Notes: a model not told the origin generated them from the letters alone. 64,000 nucleotides of DNA from Candidatus Saccharimonadota bacterium (GCA_034521515.1 JAXHMH010000002.1:216379-280378); one strand, 5' to 3'. Counted from the first letter of the stretch, positions 26,125-34,722 are shown. Made by a program: numbers and translations.

Positions 26125-26173
26125 GGTAAATGGTAAATGACCGATGTTAAGTGCCAAATGCCCAATGTTAAAT
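26125..26173. repeat. Heptad array upstream of nrdR
   Basis: GGTAAAT GGTAAAT GACCGAT GTTAAGT GCCAAAT GCCCAAT GTTAAAT. Confidence 0.75.
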
Positions 26174-26190
26174 AAAGCTCTGGGGGTTAA

Positions 26191-26613
26191 ATGATTTGCA
26201 TCTATTGCTTAGGAGAAACTAGAGTTGTTAACTCGCGACATCAAAAACGGCCTAACACAGTCTGGCGTCGACGCCACTGCCAGCAATGCGGTACGGTTTT
26301 TACCTCAATTGAAGAGGCCGACCTGTCTGCCAGTATCGTTGTACGCAAACCAGAAGCTAAAACAAACGATTTAGAGCCGTTCTCACGAGATAAACTAATG
26401 CTGAGTATCTATGACAGCCTAAAGCACCGCAAAACCGCCCTGAAGGATGCTCAGAGCCTTACGCGCACTATTATTAACCAGATACACAACCATACTCATG
26501 AGGCTTGTGTTGATACTTACGTGATTGTCGAGGTTAGTCTTAAGGTTTTACAAAGGTTTGATAAGATAGCCGCCACGCATTATGCTGCCTTCCACCCAGA
26601 GAAGAGGGTGTAG
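26191..26613 (+). CDS. nrdR: Transcriptional repressor NrdR
   Basis: N-terminal zinc ribbon CIYCLGETRVVNSR...CQQCG followed by an ATP-cone-like region. 140 aa. Confidence 0.82.
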   Translation: MICIYCLGETRVVNSRHQKRPNTVWRRRHCQQCGTVFTSIEEADLSASIVVRKPEAKTNDLEPFSRDKLMLSIYDSLKHRKTALKDAQSLTRTIINQIHNHTHEACVDTYVIVEVSLKVLQRFDKIAATHYAAFHPEKRV

Positions 26614-26719
26614 GGTGAAGGGTGCAGGGTATAGGGTGTAGGGGCTAGATTTAGGAGCTTACTTATCACTAACACCTAGCCTATCTGTACTAGGTACTTT
26701 GTACTCCGCACTCACCTAG
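26601..26719. repeat. 17-unit heptad-phased array spanning the whole nrdR/GT2 convergent spacer
   Basis: GAAGAGG GTGTAGG GTGAAGG GTGCAGG GTATAGG GTGTAGG GGCTAGA TTTAGGA GCTTACT TATCACT AACACCT AGCCTAT CTGTACT AGGTACT TTGTACT CCGCACT CACCTAG. Confidence 0.85.
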
Positions 26720-28326
26720 GTGATTTTTTGTTTGTCGTCGCGTATTGTGGTTTTTTCAGTGACGTCAAACTTGCCGATATACCAACCAAACATCAACCTG
26801 GTCTGTGAATACAATGCCGCCATGGAATGATAAACGATAGTTGTTAGCGGCAGTAAAACCCACTGGGCTACCATAAAAATCGAGCGGTGCCGTTTATAGC
26901 GTTCGGGCTTTGGCGGCAATATCTTGAGGCTGAGTAACATAGCTATAAAAATTCCGACCATCGCAATAGTGTGTATTTGCCTGGTAATCATCGGTAGCTG
27001 GTTGGCAGCGAAATTATCAGGGTTAAGCAGTAACGGAATAAAGGCGGCAAACGCCAAAATTAATGGTGCGGTGGCCCAGCTAAGATGCCCTTCTAACAGG
27101 CGCAAAAATTTCTGGATCAAGTTCCAGCGCGGTATTTTGTTCTTGCGGAAGAAACCCATCTCTAGCACATAAGCAATGTCTGAGGCTCCCCACGCCCAGC
27201 GTCGTAATTGTATAAACTGTGCCTTGAGTGTTTTGACATAAGTCTTTGCCATAACAGCGTCTTGGTATACCGGCAGATAGATCGGATACACCTCGTGATT
27301 GCCGTCATAACGGAAGTAAGTGCGCCAAAATTGGTGGCCATCCTCTACGATTGTACGGACACTCCAGTAGTCAGTATCAATAAGTGTTTGCAGACTTTGC
27401 GCATGGCTAGAGAAGTTTCGTAACATGTGCGGCCGCAAGCTCAGTACAACATTCCAAAACGTATTTCCGGTTGCGATAATACGCATTGGTGCCGGTGCAT
27501 CCCAAATATTATTAGTAAACATCGGAATTGGTTGAAACGAAATATATAGCGGATCGGGTGTCACAGCATATACATAGCTAAGAGTGCTTAGATACTTTGG
27601 ATGTGGTCTGTTATCTGCATCTAACGTTGTCACAATTACATTAAGTGGGTCTAGCTTCTCTTGCCGTATATACTTCTCTAATTCACGTCCAGCAAAAGTG
27701 ATATTACCTCCCTTCCCGATAACTTCACCGGGTATATCCTTGGGATGTTTTACGGCAAAAGCATGCCTGAAATACTTTTTGTACTCTCGCATAAGTGATT
27801 CTGCCTGTTCTTCTACTTCAGAACCGCCGCGCTCTTCGTATGCCAGCACAAGGATAACTTGGCTTACATCATAATCTGAAGCCAGCACAGATTGGATGGT
27901 TGGCTCCAGCACGTCACGGCTTTCGTTATAAGTGGCGATGATAATGGCGTGAACAATCTCGTTGGGATCAATTGGGTTTGGCCGTTCCTGAATACGCTTA
28001 ACATTCTCGTAGTGCCACGCCGGGATCTGTTTATCTGGCTGGTCTACGCTGCCTCCACGTAGATCCTGTAACATCTGAGTCCACGGCAAAATCTGATGAC
28101 GTTTTAACGCTTTATAACCCTGTATGGAACGTACATTTAATCCTATTGCCTTAGCTAACCACATCAACAAATAAGCCAATACGAAAAACACTGTAATCGT
28201 TGGATTTATAAGACTCAAAACAAACGGAAGAGCCAGCACAGACCAAGTTAGTATCCCTGGCAGCATTTCAAGCAAACGATAACGTTTACCTCGCTCATGC
28301 ACATATGGAATCTCAAAATGTTTCAC
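26716..28326 (-). CDS. Family-2 glycosyltransferase, membrane-embedded processive type (cellulose/chitin-synthase-like)
   Basis: IIATYNE, TLDADN, QLRRWAWG (Q/RxxRW). N- and C-terminal TM helices. Confidence 0.75.
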   Translation of the reverse strand: MKHFEIPYVHERGKRYRLLEMLPGILTWSVLALPFVLSLINPTITVFFVLAYLLMWLAKAIGLNVRSIQGYKALKRHQILPWTQMLQDLRGGSVDQPDKQIPAWHYENVKRIQERPNPIDPNEIVHAIIIATYNESRDVLEPTIQSVLASDYDVSQVILVLAYEERGGSEVEEQAESLMREYKKYFRHAFAVKHPKDIPGEVIGKGGNITFAGRELEKYIRQEKLDPLNVIVTTLDADNRPHPKYLSTLSYVYAVTPDPLYISFQPIPMFTNNIWDAPAPMRIIATGNTFWNVVLSLRPHMLRNFSSHAQSLQTLIDTDYWSVRTIVEDGHQFWRTYFRYDGNHEVYPIYLPVYQDAVMAKTYVKTLKAQFIQLRRWAWGASDIAYVLEMGFFRKNKIPRWNLIQKFLRLLEGHLSWATAPLILAFAAFIPLLLNPDNFAANQLPMITRQIHTIAMVGIFIAMLLSLKILPPKPERYKRHRSIFMVAQWVLLPLTTIVYHSMAALYSQTRLMFGWYIGKFDVTEKTTIRDDKQKIT

Positions 28327-28340
28327 GGTTTTATCCTTTA

Positions 28341-28688
28341 TTAAACAATTAGCAGTGCGTTACTCACGATGAGAGACAGAATTAGCAGTAACGTACCAAG
28401 CCCCAGCACCACCAAAGCAAAATGTCGACGGATATGATACGCCCTGTAGCTTAAATAACTGTGAAATGCCGCCACAAAAGTGGAAAAAACCATAAAACTC
28501 ATTATGCCGATGACAGAGCCTGTTTTAAATGCGTTTAACCCAAGGTTTGAGCGGTACTGAATAATCTGTCCGCTGCTGGCAAAGTCTAGCCTCAGCAATA
28601 CGAGCACAATCGTCAAAAGCGCTAAGAATATATTAACGCTGAGCAATAATAAGATTAGTCGATCGTGAAAGTATTTTTTTGCAGCCAT
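28341..28688 (-). CDS. Small integral membrane protein
   Basis: 115-aa ORF with about 3-4 TM helices, immediately upstream of the GT2 gene. Confidence 0.5.
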   Translation of the reverse strand: MAAKKYFHDRLILLLLSVNIFLALLTIVLVLLRLDFASSGQIIQYRSNLGLNAFKTGSVIGIMSFMVFSTFVAAFHSYLSYRAYHIRRHFALVVLGLGTLLLILSLIVSNALLIV

Positions 28689-28694
28689 TTCGTA

Positions 28695-28778
28695 TAAGTG
28701 TAAAGCTAAACTTGAAAAGTTAAAAGTTATCTTAGAAGTAATTGAGTGGCGAGTGCTTAGCGACTAGTGCCTAGTGCG
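28695..28778. repeat. Heptad array (12 units)
   Basis: TAAGTGT AAAGCTA AACTTGA AAAGTTA AAAGTTA TCTTAGA AGTAATT GAGTGGC GAGTGCT TAGCGAC TAGTGCC TAGTGCG. Confidence 0.75.
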
Positions 28779-28784
28779 CCGGCT

Positions 28785-28862
28785 GGTTTACCATGAGCCT
28801 GTCGAATCGGTTTACCATGGCGTGCGTAGCGAGTCGAATGGTTCACCATGAGCTTGTCGAAT
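28785..28862 (-). repeat. Three tandem 23-31-nt repeats in the tRNA-Gly 3' trailer, each recreating the ACCA+TTCGAC junction
   Basis: Minus sense: ...GCACCA TTCGACAAGCTCATGGTGAACCA TTCGACTCGCTACGCACGCCATGGTAAACCG ATTCGACAGGCTCATGGTAAACCA. Confidence 0.7.
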
Positions 28863-28935
28863 GGTGCGAGATACGGGAATCGAACCCGTGTCTCCTGCTT
28901 GGGAAGCAGATATACTACCATTATACTAATCTCGC
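28862..28935 (-). tRNA. tRNA-Gly (CCC), CCA encoded
   Basis: Manual cloverleaf: acceptor GCGAGAT/ATCTCGC, anticodon stem TCTGC/GCAGG, loop TTCCCAA, T-arm ACGGG-TTCGATT-CCCGT. 74 nt. Confidence 0.88.
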
Positions 28936-28936
28936 T

Positions 28937-29012
28937 TGGAGCCGGAGATGGGGCTCGAACCCACGACTTGCTATTTACGAAACAGCTACTCTACCAGCTG
29001 AGTTACTCCGGC
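28937..29012 (-). tRNA. tRNA-Thr (CGT), CCA encoded
   Basis: Manual cloverleaf: acceptor GCCGGAG/CTCCGGC, D ACTC/GAGT, anticodon stem GCTGT/ATAGC, loop TTCGTAA, T-arm GTGGG-TTCGAGC-CCCAT. 76 nt, 1 nt from tRNA-Gly. Confidence 0.9.
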
Positions 29013-29458
29013 GCACTAGAAGATAATAACCGACCTTCTATCACCCTCCTACTCAATTTCCTATGTTTTCTGCCATTGCCCATGTTCAACGCTGCGTAGG
29101 TTGCAGAGATAGCATCACAGTTTGGACAGATTAACCGCAAATTACCCTCTGTATTATTCCTCCAGTTACCGTCAATGTGATCAGCAACTAAAGGAGTTTG
29201 TCCTGTTTTAACATTCAACTCCGCCCAACCACATAGACAACACTGGTTATTAAACTTAATCCGTAGATACCGCTTAACATACCTAGACACCACTCCGTGT
29301 GCTTGCATGCCAGAAACCTTTCCTTTAAGCCATCTGCTTATGTAGAGGGTGTATCTGTAGTCTGCCTGACACTGATTACTACAATATTTATAGTTTGGGC
29401 GTGCAGTCTCACGTTTACACGCAATACAAGCTAGTCTTGGTTTTCTTGGCATTGGCAT
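29003..29458 (-). CDS. HNH endonuclease
   Basis: CxxC pairs and ADHIDGNWRNNTEGNLRLICPNCDA (HNH/His-Me finger). The 3' end overlaps the first 10 nt of tRNA-Thr. Confidence 0.75.
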   Translation of the reverse strand: MPMPRKPRLACIACKRETARPNYKYCSNQCQADYRYTLYISRWLKGKVSGMQAHGVVSRYVKRYLRIKFNNQCCLCGWAELNVKTGQTPLVADHIDGNWRNNTEGNLRLICPNCDAISATYAALNMGNGRKHRKLSRRVIEGRLLSSSAPE

Positions 29459-29782
29459 GAAGACAATTATATTGATAAAACGACCTGCGTCAATATCGCT
29501 GCTGCTCGTAAGTTAGTGATGCGTCGTACAAATGGCTGTTTGCTTTTTACCTCTGTAACTGCTATCATCATTTTTGTCATTTTGGTTTAGTGACCACCAA
29601 GCGCTCACAACCGTTGCGTTTGGATGCAGAGCCTCGGTGATCGTTTGTCTGAACCAGTTTTTCAAACCAAGGAGTCGGCTTTGCCGGCTCGACTGTTTGA
29701 AAAACTGAGAGGAAGAAGCGACCAGAGGATGAAGGTAAAGCAACACCTTGCTTTACCGCAAACCGACCGTCGGTTCTGACGA

Positions 29783-29858
29783 GGGCTCGTAGTGAAGGGG
29801 TTATCACGCCTCCCTGTCACGGAGGAGATCGCCGGTTCAAATCCGGTCGAGCCCGCCA
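29783..29858 (+). tRNA. tRNA-Asp (GTC), CCA encoded
   Basis: Manual cloverleaf: acceptor GGGCTCG/CGAGCCC, anticodon stem CCTCC/GGAGG, loop CTGTCAC, T-arm GCCGG-TTCAAAT-CCGGT. 76 nt, followed by a hairpin + TTTTT (29866-29896). Confidence 0.9.
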
Positions 29859-29921
29859 ATGAAAGAGTCGTCACCTTATGGTGGCGGCTTTTTCATTATG
29901 TATTCGGCTAGCTTGTGTAGA

Positions 29922-31031
29922 TTACTCCTGCAACTCTGGTGGCAATTCGGTTGGGTCTTGCTCTGGAGGTTCTGGTAAGGTTATGTAGGAGCGAGCGGGT
30001 TGCTCGGCTTTTTTGTCGTTAATAAATTCTTCAACGTCTTTTAAGTTAAACAATATATGCGCCCCCTTAACTTGCTCACCTTCCCGTTCGGACAATTTAA
30101 CGATTTGCAAGGCATAGCCGATATTTATGACTTCAGAATACTCACCCTCATCTAATCTAAATAAGGCGTCCGTGGTATGTGCCGTCAGGTTCCGATCCGA
30201 ACGGCTAATATCAAACCCAAACGCACCACCATTATCTCTAGTGGCCGGATCGTCTGAGAATTCTTGTGCAACATCAGCAAAATCTACGCCGGATTCAAGC
30301 TGAGCATACGCCGCTTGAGCTCGTTCTTGGGTTTCTGTGTCTAGTTCTGCTACTAGCTTTTCTGATAAGAGCTGCTGATGAAGTGACCGCTTAAAGTCAT
30401 CGAGAGACCAACCCCAAAATTCACGCAGCACATCTTCTAGTACCTGCTCATTACCTCCCAGCCGATTTTGGCTACGCACAATTGCAATCTGGTCATCTAC
30501 CTCCTGGCTGCTAACAGCAATACTATGCTCACGCGCCAATTGTTTGATATATGAATCGTTAATAACTTTCTCTAGTGCGCGGCGCTTAAATTCAGCTAAC
30601 TGCCGTTGCCCAGCGTCACTGCTAAAATCTAACTCTTGATGGTGTTCGTAGTAATGCATGTAATGGCGCAGCTCGAACAGGTAGTTTTCGTATGCTACAA
30701 AATTGCTACCACTACGAGCAATCGGAAACGGAATAACTTGCGTAACTCTGTACATAAACACCGAATTATCCTGGAACCGGTATAGCGCCAAAGTGCAATA
30801 TGCAAAAAAGGCCACCAAAGTCGCGATGAGTAAGCTCAAAGAGATAACAATAATACGGTGTTTAGAATGCTGGAGTGGCAAAATATATTTGCGCGCCCGC
30901 CCGAGCACTGCCTCACGATGTTCTGCTACAGTCTCGTTGGTTATGCGTGGCGGATTCTCAGCCGGCATATCCTCTGTAGGCTCACTTTTTACGAACGGAG
31001 TCTTGCTGAGAACTTTTTTAAGCTTCTTCAT
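29922..31031 (-). CDS. Membrane-anchored parvulin-type peptidyl-prolyl isomerase (PrsA/SurA-like)
   Basis: N-terminal TM, SurA-like helical region, PpiC domain (FADVAQEFSDDPATRDNGGAFGF...GYALQIVKL). Confidence 0.7.
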   Translation of the reverse strand: MKKLKKVLSKTPFVKSEPTEDMPAENPPRITNETVAEHREAVLGRARKYILPLQHSKHRIIVISLSLLIATLVAFFAYCTLALYRFQDNSVFMYRVTQVIPFPIARSGSNFVAYENYLFELRHYMHYYEHHQELDFSSDAGQRQLAEFKRRALEKVINDSYIKQLAREHSIAVSSQEVDDQIAIVRSQNRLGGNEQVLEDVLREFWGWSLDDFKRSLHQQLLSEKLVAELDTETQERAQAAYAQLESGVDFADVAQEFSDDPATRDNGGAFGFDISRSDRNLTAHTTDALFRLDEGEYSEVINIGYALQIVKLSEREGEQVKGAHILFNLKDVEEFINDKKAEQPARSYITLPEPPEQDPTELPPELQE

Positions 31032-31578
31032 TGTCGTTTATTGAGGCTCCCGCGTTAGCCGGTGATGCTGCTGAAATACCCTGATCGCGCAAGATAACCA
31101 ACATTTTTTTATAAATCTCACTGGGGTGATGAATATCGTGAATCACCAAATCACCCATATACGTTTGTACGAGTATTGTACCATAACCAAGTACTGTCGC
31201 TTGAAAGCCGCTGACCTCGTAATTTATGCTCTGAATCTGGTTAAGGCTAAGGTCTACGGTACTGTGATGAAACAGCCCGCGCTGAGTAATCTGGATAAAC
31301 CTTTGATCAGTTACGATAAACACGCTGTAATACCAGGCTATCCATGCCGGCATAAAAACTACAATGCCAAGCACAAAACCAGCCGCCAGCCCGCCAAACA
31401 GATAGGTATACGTTGGCTCAATGAAAGCCGGGATTGTTCCAACAAGCAGCATAAGCATTCCGAGTATAAGTCCTTTACGCATAACTACGGGGTGTTTACG
31501 GAACACAAATAACACTTCTTCGTCATCTAGTTGATCGTCGAAATATTTTTCAGACTCGGTTTTGCTTTTTTTAGACAT
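31018..31578 (-). CDS. Bacterial PH-domain (YdbS/YdbT-like) membrane protein
   Basis: DDEEVLFVFRKHPVVM, two TM helices, then a bPH-like C-terminal domain. 14-nt overlap with the downstream ORF. Confidence 0.6.
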   Translation of the reverse strand: MSKKSKTESEKYFDDQLDDEEVLFVFRKHPVVMRKGLILGMLMLLVGTIPAFIEPTYTYLFGGLAAGFVLGIVVFMPAWIAWYYSVFIVTDQRFIQITQRGLFHHSTVDLSLNQIQSINYEVSGFQATVLGYGTILVQTYMGDLVIHDIHHPSEIYKKMLVILRDQGISAASPANAGASINDNEEA

Positions 31579-31620
31579 AAGGATATTGTACTAGGTTTTT
31601 AGCTAGAGGTGGTAAAAGTA

Positions 31621-31662
31621 GTGGTTAGTGATTAGTGGATAGTGGTTAGTGAAGAGTGTGCT
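31621..31662. repeat. Heptad array (6 units)
   Basis: GTGGTTA GTGATTA GTGGATA GTGGTTA GTGAAGA GTGTGCT. The plus strand is C-free across ~55 nt. Confidence 0.8.
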
Positions 31663-31718
31663 GGCTGAGTTTTTTGGGATTTCCGGTAACAAGGTATATT
31701 TCTTTCATATATTCCTTT

Positions 31719-31793
31719 TGGTGTCCCCACCTGGAATCGAACCAGGATCTAATCCTTAGGAGGGATTTGTTCTATCCATTAAACTACAGGGAC
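31719..31793 (-). tRNA. tRNA-Arg (CCT), CCA encoded
   Basis: Manual cloverleaf: acceptor GTCCCTG/TGGGGAC (two G-U pairs), anticodon stem AATCC/GGATT, loop CTCCTAA, T-arm CCTGG-TTCGATT-CCAGG. 75 nt. Confidence 0.85.
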
Positions 31794-31829
31794 AAGCAGC
31801 CCAAACGGACTCCCGCGAACTATAGCATA

Positions 31830-32294
31830 TTATTCTCGCTCGTAGTCTTCGTACAAATGGTCATATTCAGACTTTTCGTAATCGAACAATTCGTAGCTAT
31901 CAAAAAACCGTTCGATTTCTTCTTCACCGTTTTCTTTACTATCCGAAGCATGAATTAGGTTACGCCCCTGGCCAATAGCATAATCTCCGCGGATTGTACC
32001 GGCATCGGCCTGGCGCGGATTGGTCGCCCCAACTAAGATTCTTACAGAATTAACGCATTCAAACCCTTCCCAGGCCATGGCAACCACTGGTGAGCTGGTC
32101 ATGAAATTTTCTATACCCTTATAAAAAGGTTTGTCGGTTAGATGTGCATAATGCGCCCTTAGTAGTGCGGCATCCAGGCGCATCATTTTCATTCCAATAA
32201 GCCTTAACCCTTTATCTTCAAAACGGCTGGTAATTTCACCGATTAACCCGCGCTGTAGTGCGTCAGGCTTGAGTATTATGAGTGTCCGTTCCAA
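31830..32294 (-). CDS. ndk: Nucleoside diphosphate kinase (start trimmed to TTG 32294)
   Basis: ERTLIILKPDALQRGLIGEI..., NLIHASDS active-site His. AAGGA lies 8 nt before the TTG and TATAAT further upstream. The track's 64-aa extension overlaps the GIY-YIG gene on the other strand. Confidence 0.85.
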   Translation of the reverse strand: MERTLIILKPDALQRGLIGEITSRFEDKGLRLIGMKMMRLDAALLRAHYAHLTDKPFYKGIENFMTSSPVVAMAWEGFECVNSVRILVGATNPRQADAGTIRGDYAIGQGRNLIHASDSKENGEEEIERFFDSYELFDYEKSEYDHLYEDYERE

Positions 32295-32396
32295 TTTACT
32301 TGTCCTTTCTTGGTTTGTTTTACGTATTATAACAGATAAGAAGTGGTGACCCCAGCATGCGTCGCAAAATATAGCTGTCTGTTCTATAATAAGCGT

Positions 32397-32711
32397 ATGC
32401 CTAGTAGTGAGCTTTCTGTCGTGTTCTGTTACGTCTACGTGCTGCGTTCGCTTTCGAACGCCAGTTACTACGTAGGCTTCACTCATAACCTAAGGGGTTG
32501 CATAACAGAACACAACGCTGGCTTGAGTCCTTCCACTAAACCTTACCGTCCTTGGGAGATCCTGTATTATGAAGCACATAGGAGTGAAGAAGATGCCAGA
32601 CGACGAGAAAAATATCTCAAGACCAGCTCCGGCAAACAAGCGCTCAGAAGGATGATACGCAAACAACTATTATCGTCTGGCAACTCAAGCCAACAGAAAG
32701 GCTACAACTAG
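32397..32711 (+). CDS. Small GIY-YIG nuclease-domain protein (start trimmed to ATG 32397)
   Basis: CYVYVLRS...SYYVGFTHNL..R..EHN...ARRREKYLK (GIY-YIG core). TATAAT (32384-89) sits 7 nt before the ATG, so the transcript may be leaderless. Confidence 0.7.
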   Translation: MPSSELSVVFCYVYVLRSLSNASYYVGFTHNLRGCITEHNAGLSPSTKPYRPWEILYYEAHRSEEDARRREKYLKTSSGKQALRRMIRKQLLSSGNSSQQKGYN

Positions 32712-32713
32712 GT

Positions 32714-33622
32714 ATGCGATTTGAAAAAGCCAAAACTGATTTTTTAGAATATCTGGAGATTGAACAAAATCGCTCACAAAAAACCATTGCTAATTATGAC
32801 CATTATTTGACTCGTCTAGTTGATTTTGCCGGTGATATAAATGTCAGTGACATTAACCCAGAGCTTGTTCGCAAATGGCGGCTATGGCTCAATCGACTAG
32901 GTACCAATACGAGCGATGAGCTGCAAAAAACTACCCAAAATTACCACCTGATTGCCTTGCGCAGCTTTTTGAAATACTGCGCCAAACGAAATATTCCAGC
33001 GCTCACCGCCGATAAAATTGAGCTGGCACGCACCAAACGCAAACAAGTTACGTTCTTAACTGCCGAAGAAATTGAACAAATGTTCATGATGCCTAAGATT
33101 GAAACACTGCCAGGACTCCGCGATCGAGCTATCCTAGAGCTGTTGTTTTCATCTGGGTTACGTGTTTCTGAGCTGGTCGGACTCGATAAAGATCACGTTA
33201 ACCTCAAACGGCGTGAGTTTATGGTACGCGGTAAAGGCCAGAAAGACCGCCCGATTTTTATCAGTGAAGCTGCAGCGCACTGGGTGCAACAATATTTAGA
33301 CAAACGAACCGATACAACCAGACCCTTATTTATACGCTATAGTGGCAGCAAGCAAGTTGATACCAGTGGCAATTTCCACCGGCTTACGGCTCGCAGTATT
33401 CAGCGCATGGTCGCCCGCTACGCCCTGCTCGCCGGCATTACTAAACATGTTAGCCCGCATACACTTAGGCACTCCTTCGCAACTGATTTACTCATGAACG
33501 GCGCGGACTTGCGCTCTGTTCAGGCTATGCTAGGCCACAGCAACATATCCACCACACAAATATATACTCACGTCACTGACCCGCACCTAAAATCCGTCCA
33601 CGAAAAATTCCACCGCAAATAG
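32714..33622 (+). CDS. Tyrosine site-specific recombinase, XerC/XerD family
   Basis: SAM-like N-domain. Catalytic ...GLRVSEL..., HTLRHSFATDLL, GHSNISTTQIYTHV. Confidence 0.85.
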   Translation: MRFEKAKTDFLEYLEIEQNRSQKTIANYDHYLTRLVDFAGDINVSDINPELVRKWRLWLNRLGTNTSDELQKTTQNYHLIALRSFLKYCAKRNIPALTADKIELARTKRKQVTFLTAEEIEQMFMMPKIETLPGLRDRAILELLFSSGLRVSELVGLDKDHVNLKRREFMVRGKGQKDRPIFISEAAAHWVQQYLDKRTDTTRPLFIRYSGSKQVDTSGNFHRLTARSIQRMVARYALLAGITKHVSPHTLRHSFATDLLMNGADLRSVQAMLGHSNISTTQIYTHVTDPHLKSVHEKFHRK

Positions 33623-33651
33623 TAGAGCAATCTGATTTCGGTAATCTAACT

Positions 33652-34707
33652 CTAGTCGATATTGCAGGCAGGATCACTGCCAATATTCAGTACACTATCG
33701 CCAGGAATAACAGAGAACTGTTTACAGATGGTCTGATTCGACTCAATCGCGTAAGAGGGCACCGGACCCTCAATGGTGCTTGAGTTAACTCGAACTTGTA
33801 TCCGACGGAGCACATCATTCGCGCGCCCAGTAGCATCAACGAGAGCTTGTGCATTAAGCAATCTATGCGCCCCGCTACCGCAATCTGGTGAACATATTGT
33901 CATTGAAGCTGCCTTATATAGCGCGGTGATACGTAAATGATACTCGGATCCTTGGTTCAGCCCTTCTATGGTAAGCCTACAATGCTGTGGTGTGCCTTCA
34001 GGGTCACAGTTAACGCCCACAGTGGCACCCTGATTGCCCCCTGAAGCTTGTGAAACATTGATGCTATTCGTCCCACCACTACTCATTGGTAGGGCAAAAA
34101 CTGTGGCCGTGTTTGTCACAAGTGAACTTCTTTGTAGGTTGGCAGCACCAGTTGGAACAATATCGAATCTCAGTACAGCAGGGGCGCAATCTGCGAACCA
34201 TTCCTGCGGGAACTGATTTTCAGTACCAGAAGGACAGCCCGTTAATGCATTATCACCGTCAGCAGAGCCCCAGTAAATTGTTGCCTCTCCGACGTTACCG
34301 ACGCCTTCTGGGTTAACAGGCACAACACGAGCTTCGCCGACCCCGATATTGCCATACTCCAAAGAGTGTGGTGTCGGATCAATCAACAAACAACTATAAG
34401 AAATCGCTCCGTCAACTCCGTCGAGCACATTATCGTAGCCCTCTACGGGGTCACAGTCAGTTTTTTGGTCATATGGTTGCCAGTCGCCAACCCGAAGGGC
34501 CTCGACAGCATCATTGACTCCAGACTCAGCAGCGTAAAAAGCTTGTGAGCTAAGCTGCCGGTCAAGTGCCTGCTGCTGCTCACGGTGTGTGATTCGCGAG
34601 AAACTGAGCACAATTAAAGTGAGGATAAAAATCATCACCATTGTTACCAATATAGAAACGAGTCCTTCTTGTTTATTATGTAATTTTTTGAGTTTCTTCA
34701 TATCCAT
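33652..34707 (-). CDS. PilX-like pilus minor component (N-terminal hydrophobic helix, no obvious G|F cleavage site)
   Basis: QEGLVSILVTMVMIFILTLIVLSFS...QQQALDRQLSSQAFYAAESGVNDA (PilX_N pattern). Last gene of the pilus cluster. Confidence 0.6.
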   Translation of the reverse strand: MDMKKLKKLHNKQEGLVSILVTMVMIFILTLIVLSFSRITHREQQQALDRQLSSQAFYAAESGVNDAVEALRVGDWQPYDQKTDCDPVEGYDNVLDGVDGAISYSCLLIDPTPHSLEYGNIGVGEARVVPVNPEGVGNVGEATIYWGSADGDNALTGCPSGTENQFPQEWFADCAPAVLRFDIVPTGAANLQRSSLVTNTATVFALPMSSGGTNSINVSQASGGNQGATVGVNCDPEGTPQHCRLTIEGLNQGSEYHLRITALYKAASMTICSPDCGSGAHRLLNAQALVDATGRANDVLRRIQVRVNSSTIEGPVPSYAIESNQTICKQFSVIPGDSVLNIGSDPACNID

Positions 34708-34722
34708 ACTTTTGCACTTCTC

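Noticed and set aside
29700-29735. SRP RNA domain IV 3' strand (GAGAGGAAGAAGCGACCAGAGGATGAAGG resembles GGAAGGAAGCAGCCAAGGCAGAUGA)
   Set aside because: No complementary 5' strand with GUCAGG-type residues precedes it, so the purine-rich similarity is probably fortuitous. It needs a covariance-model test.
32714-33622. Xer-type recombinase + GIY-YIG gene as a mobile element linked to the tRNA att-like repeats
   Set aside because: The recombinase has the housekeeping XerC/D layout and no flanking repeats. It lies 8 kb from tRNA-Val, so no evidence ties it to the 49-bp repeat.
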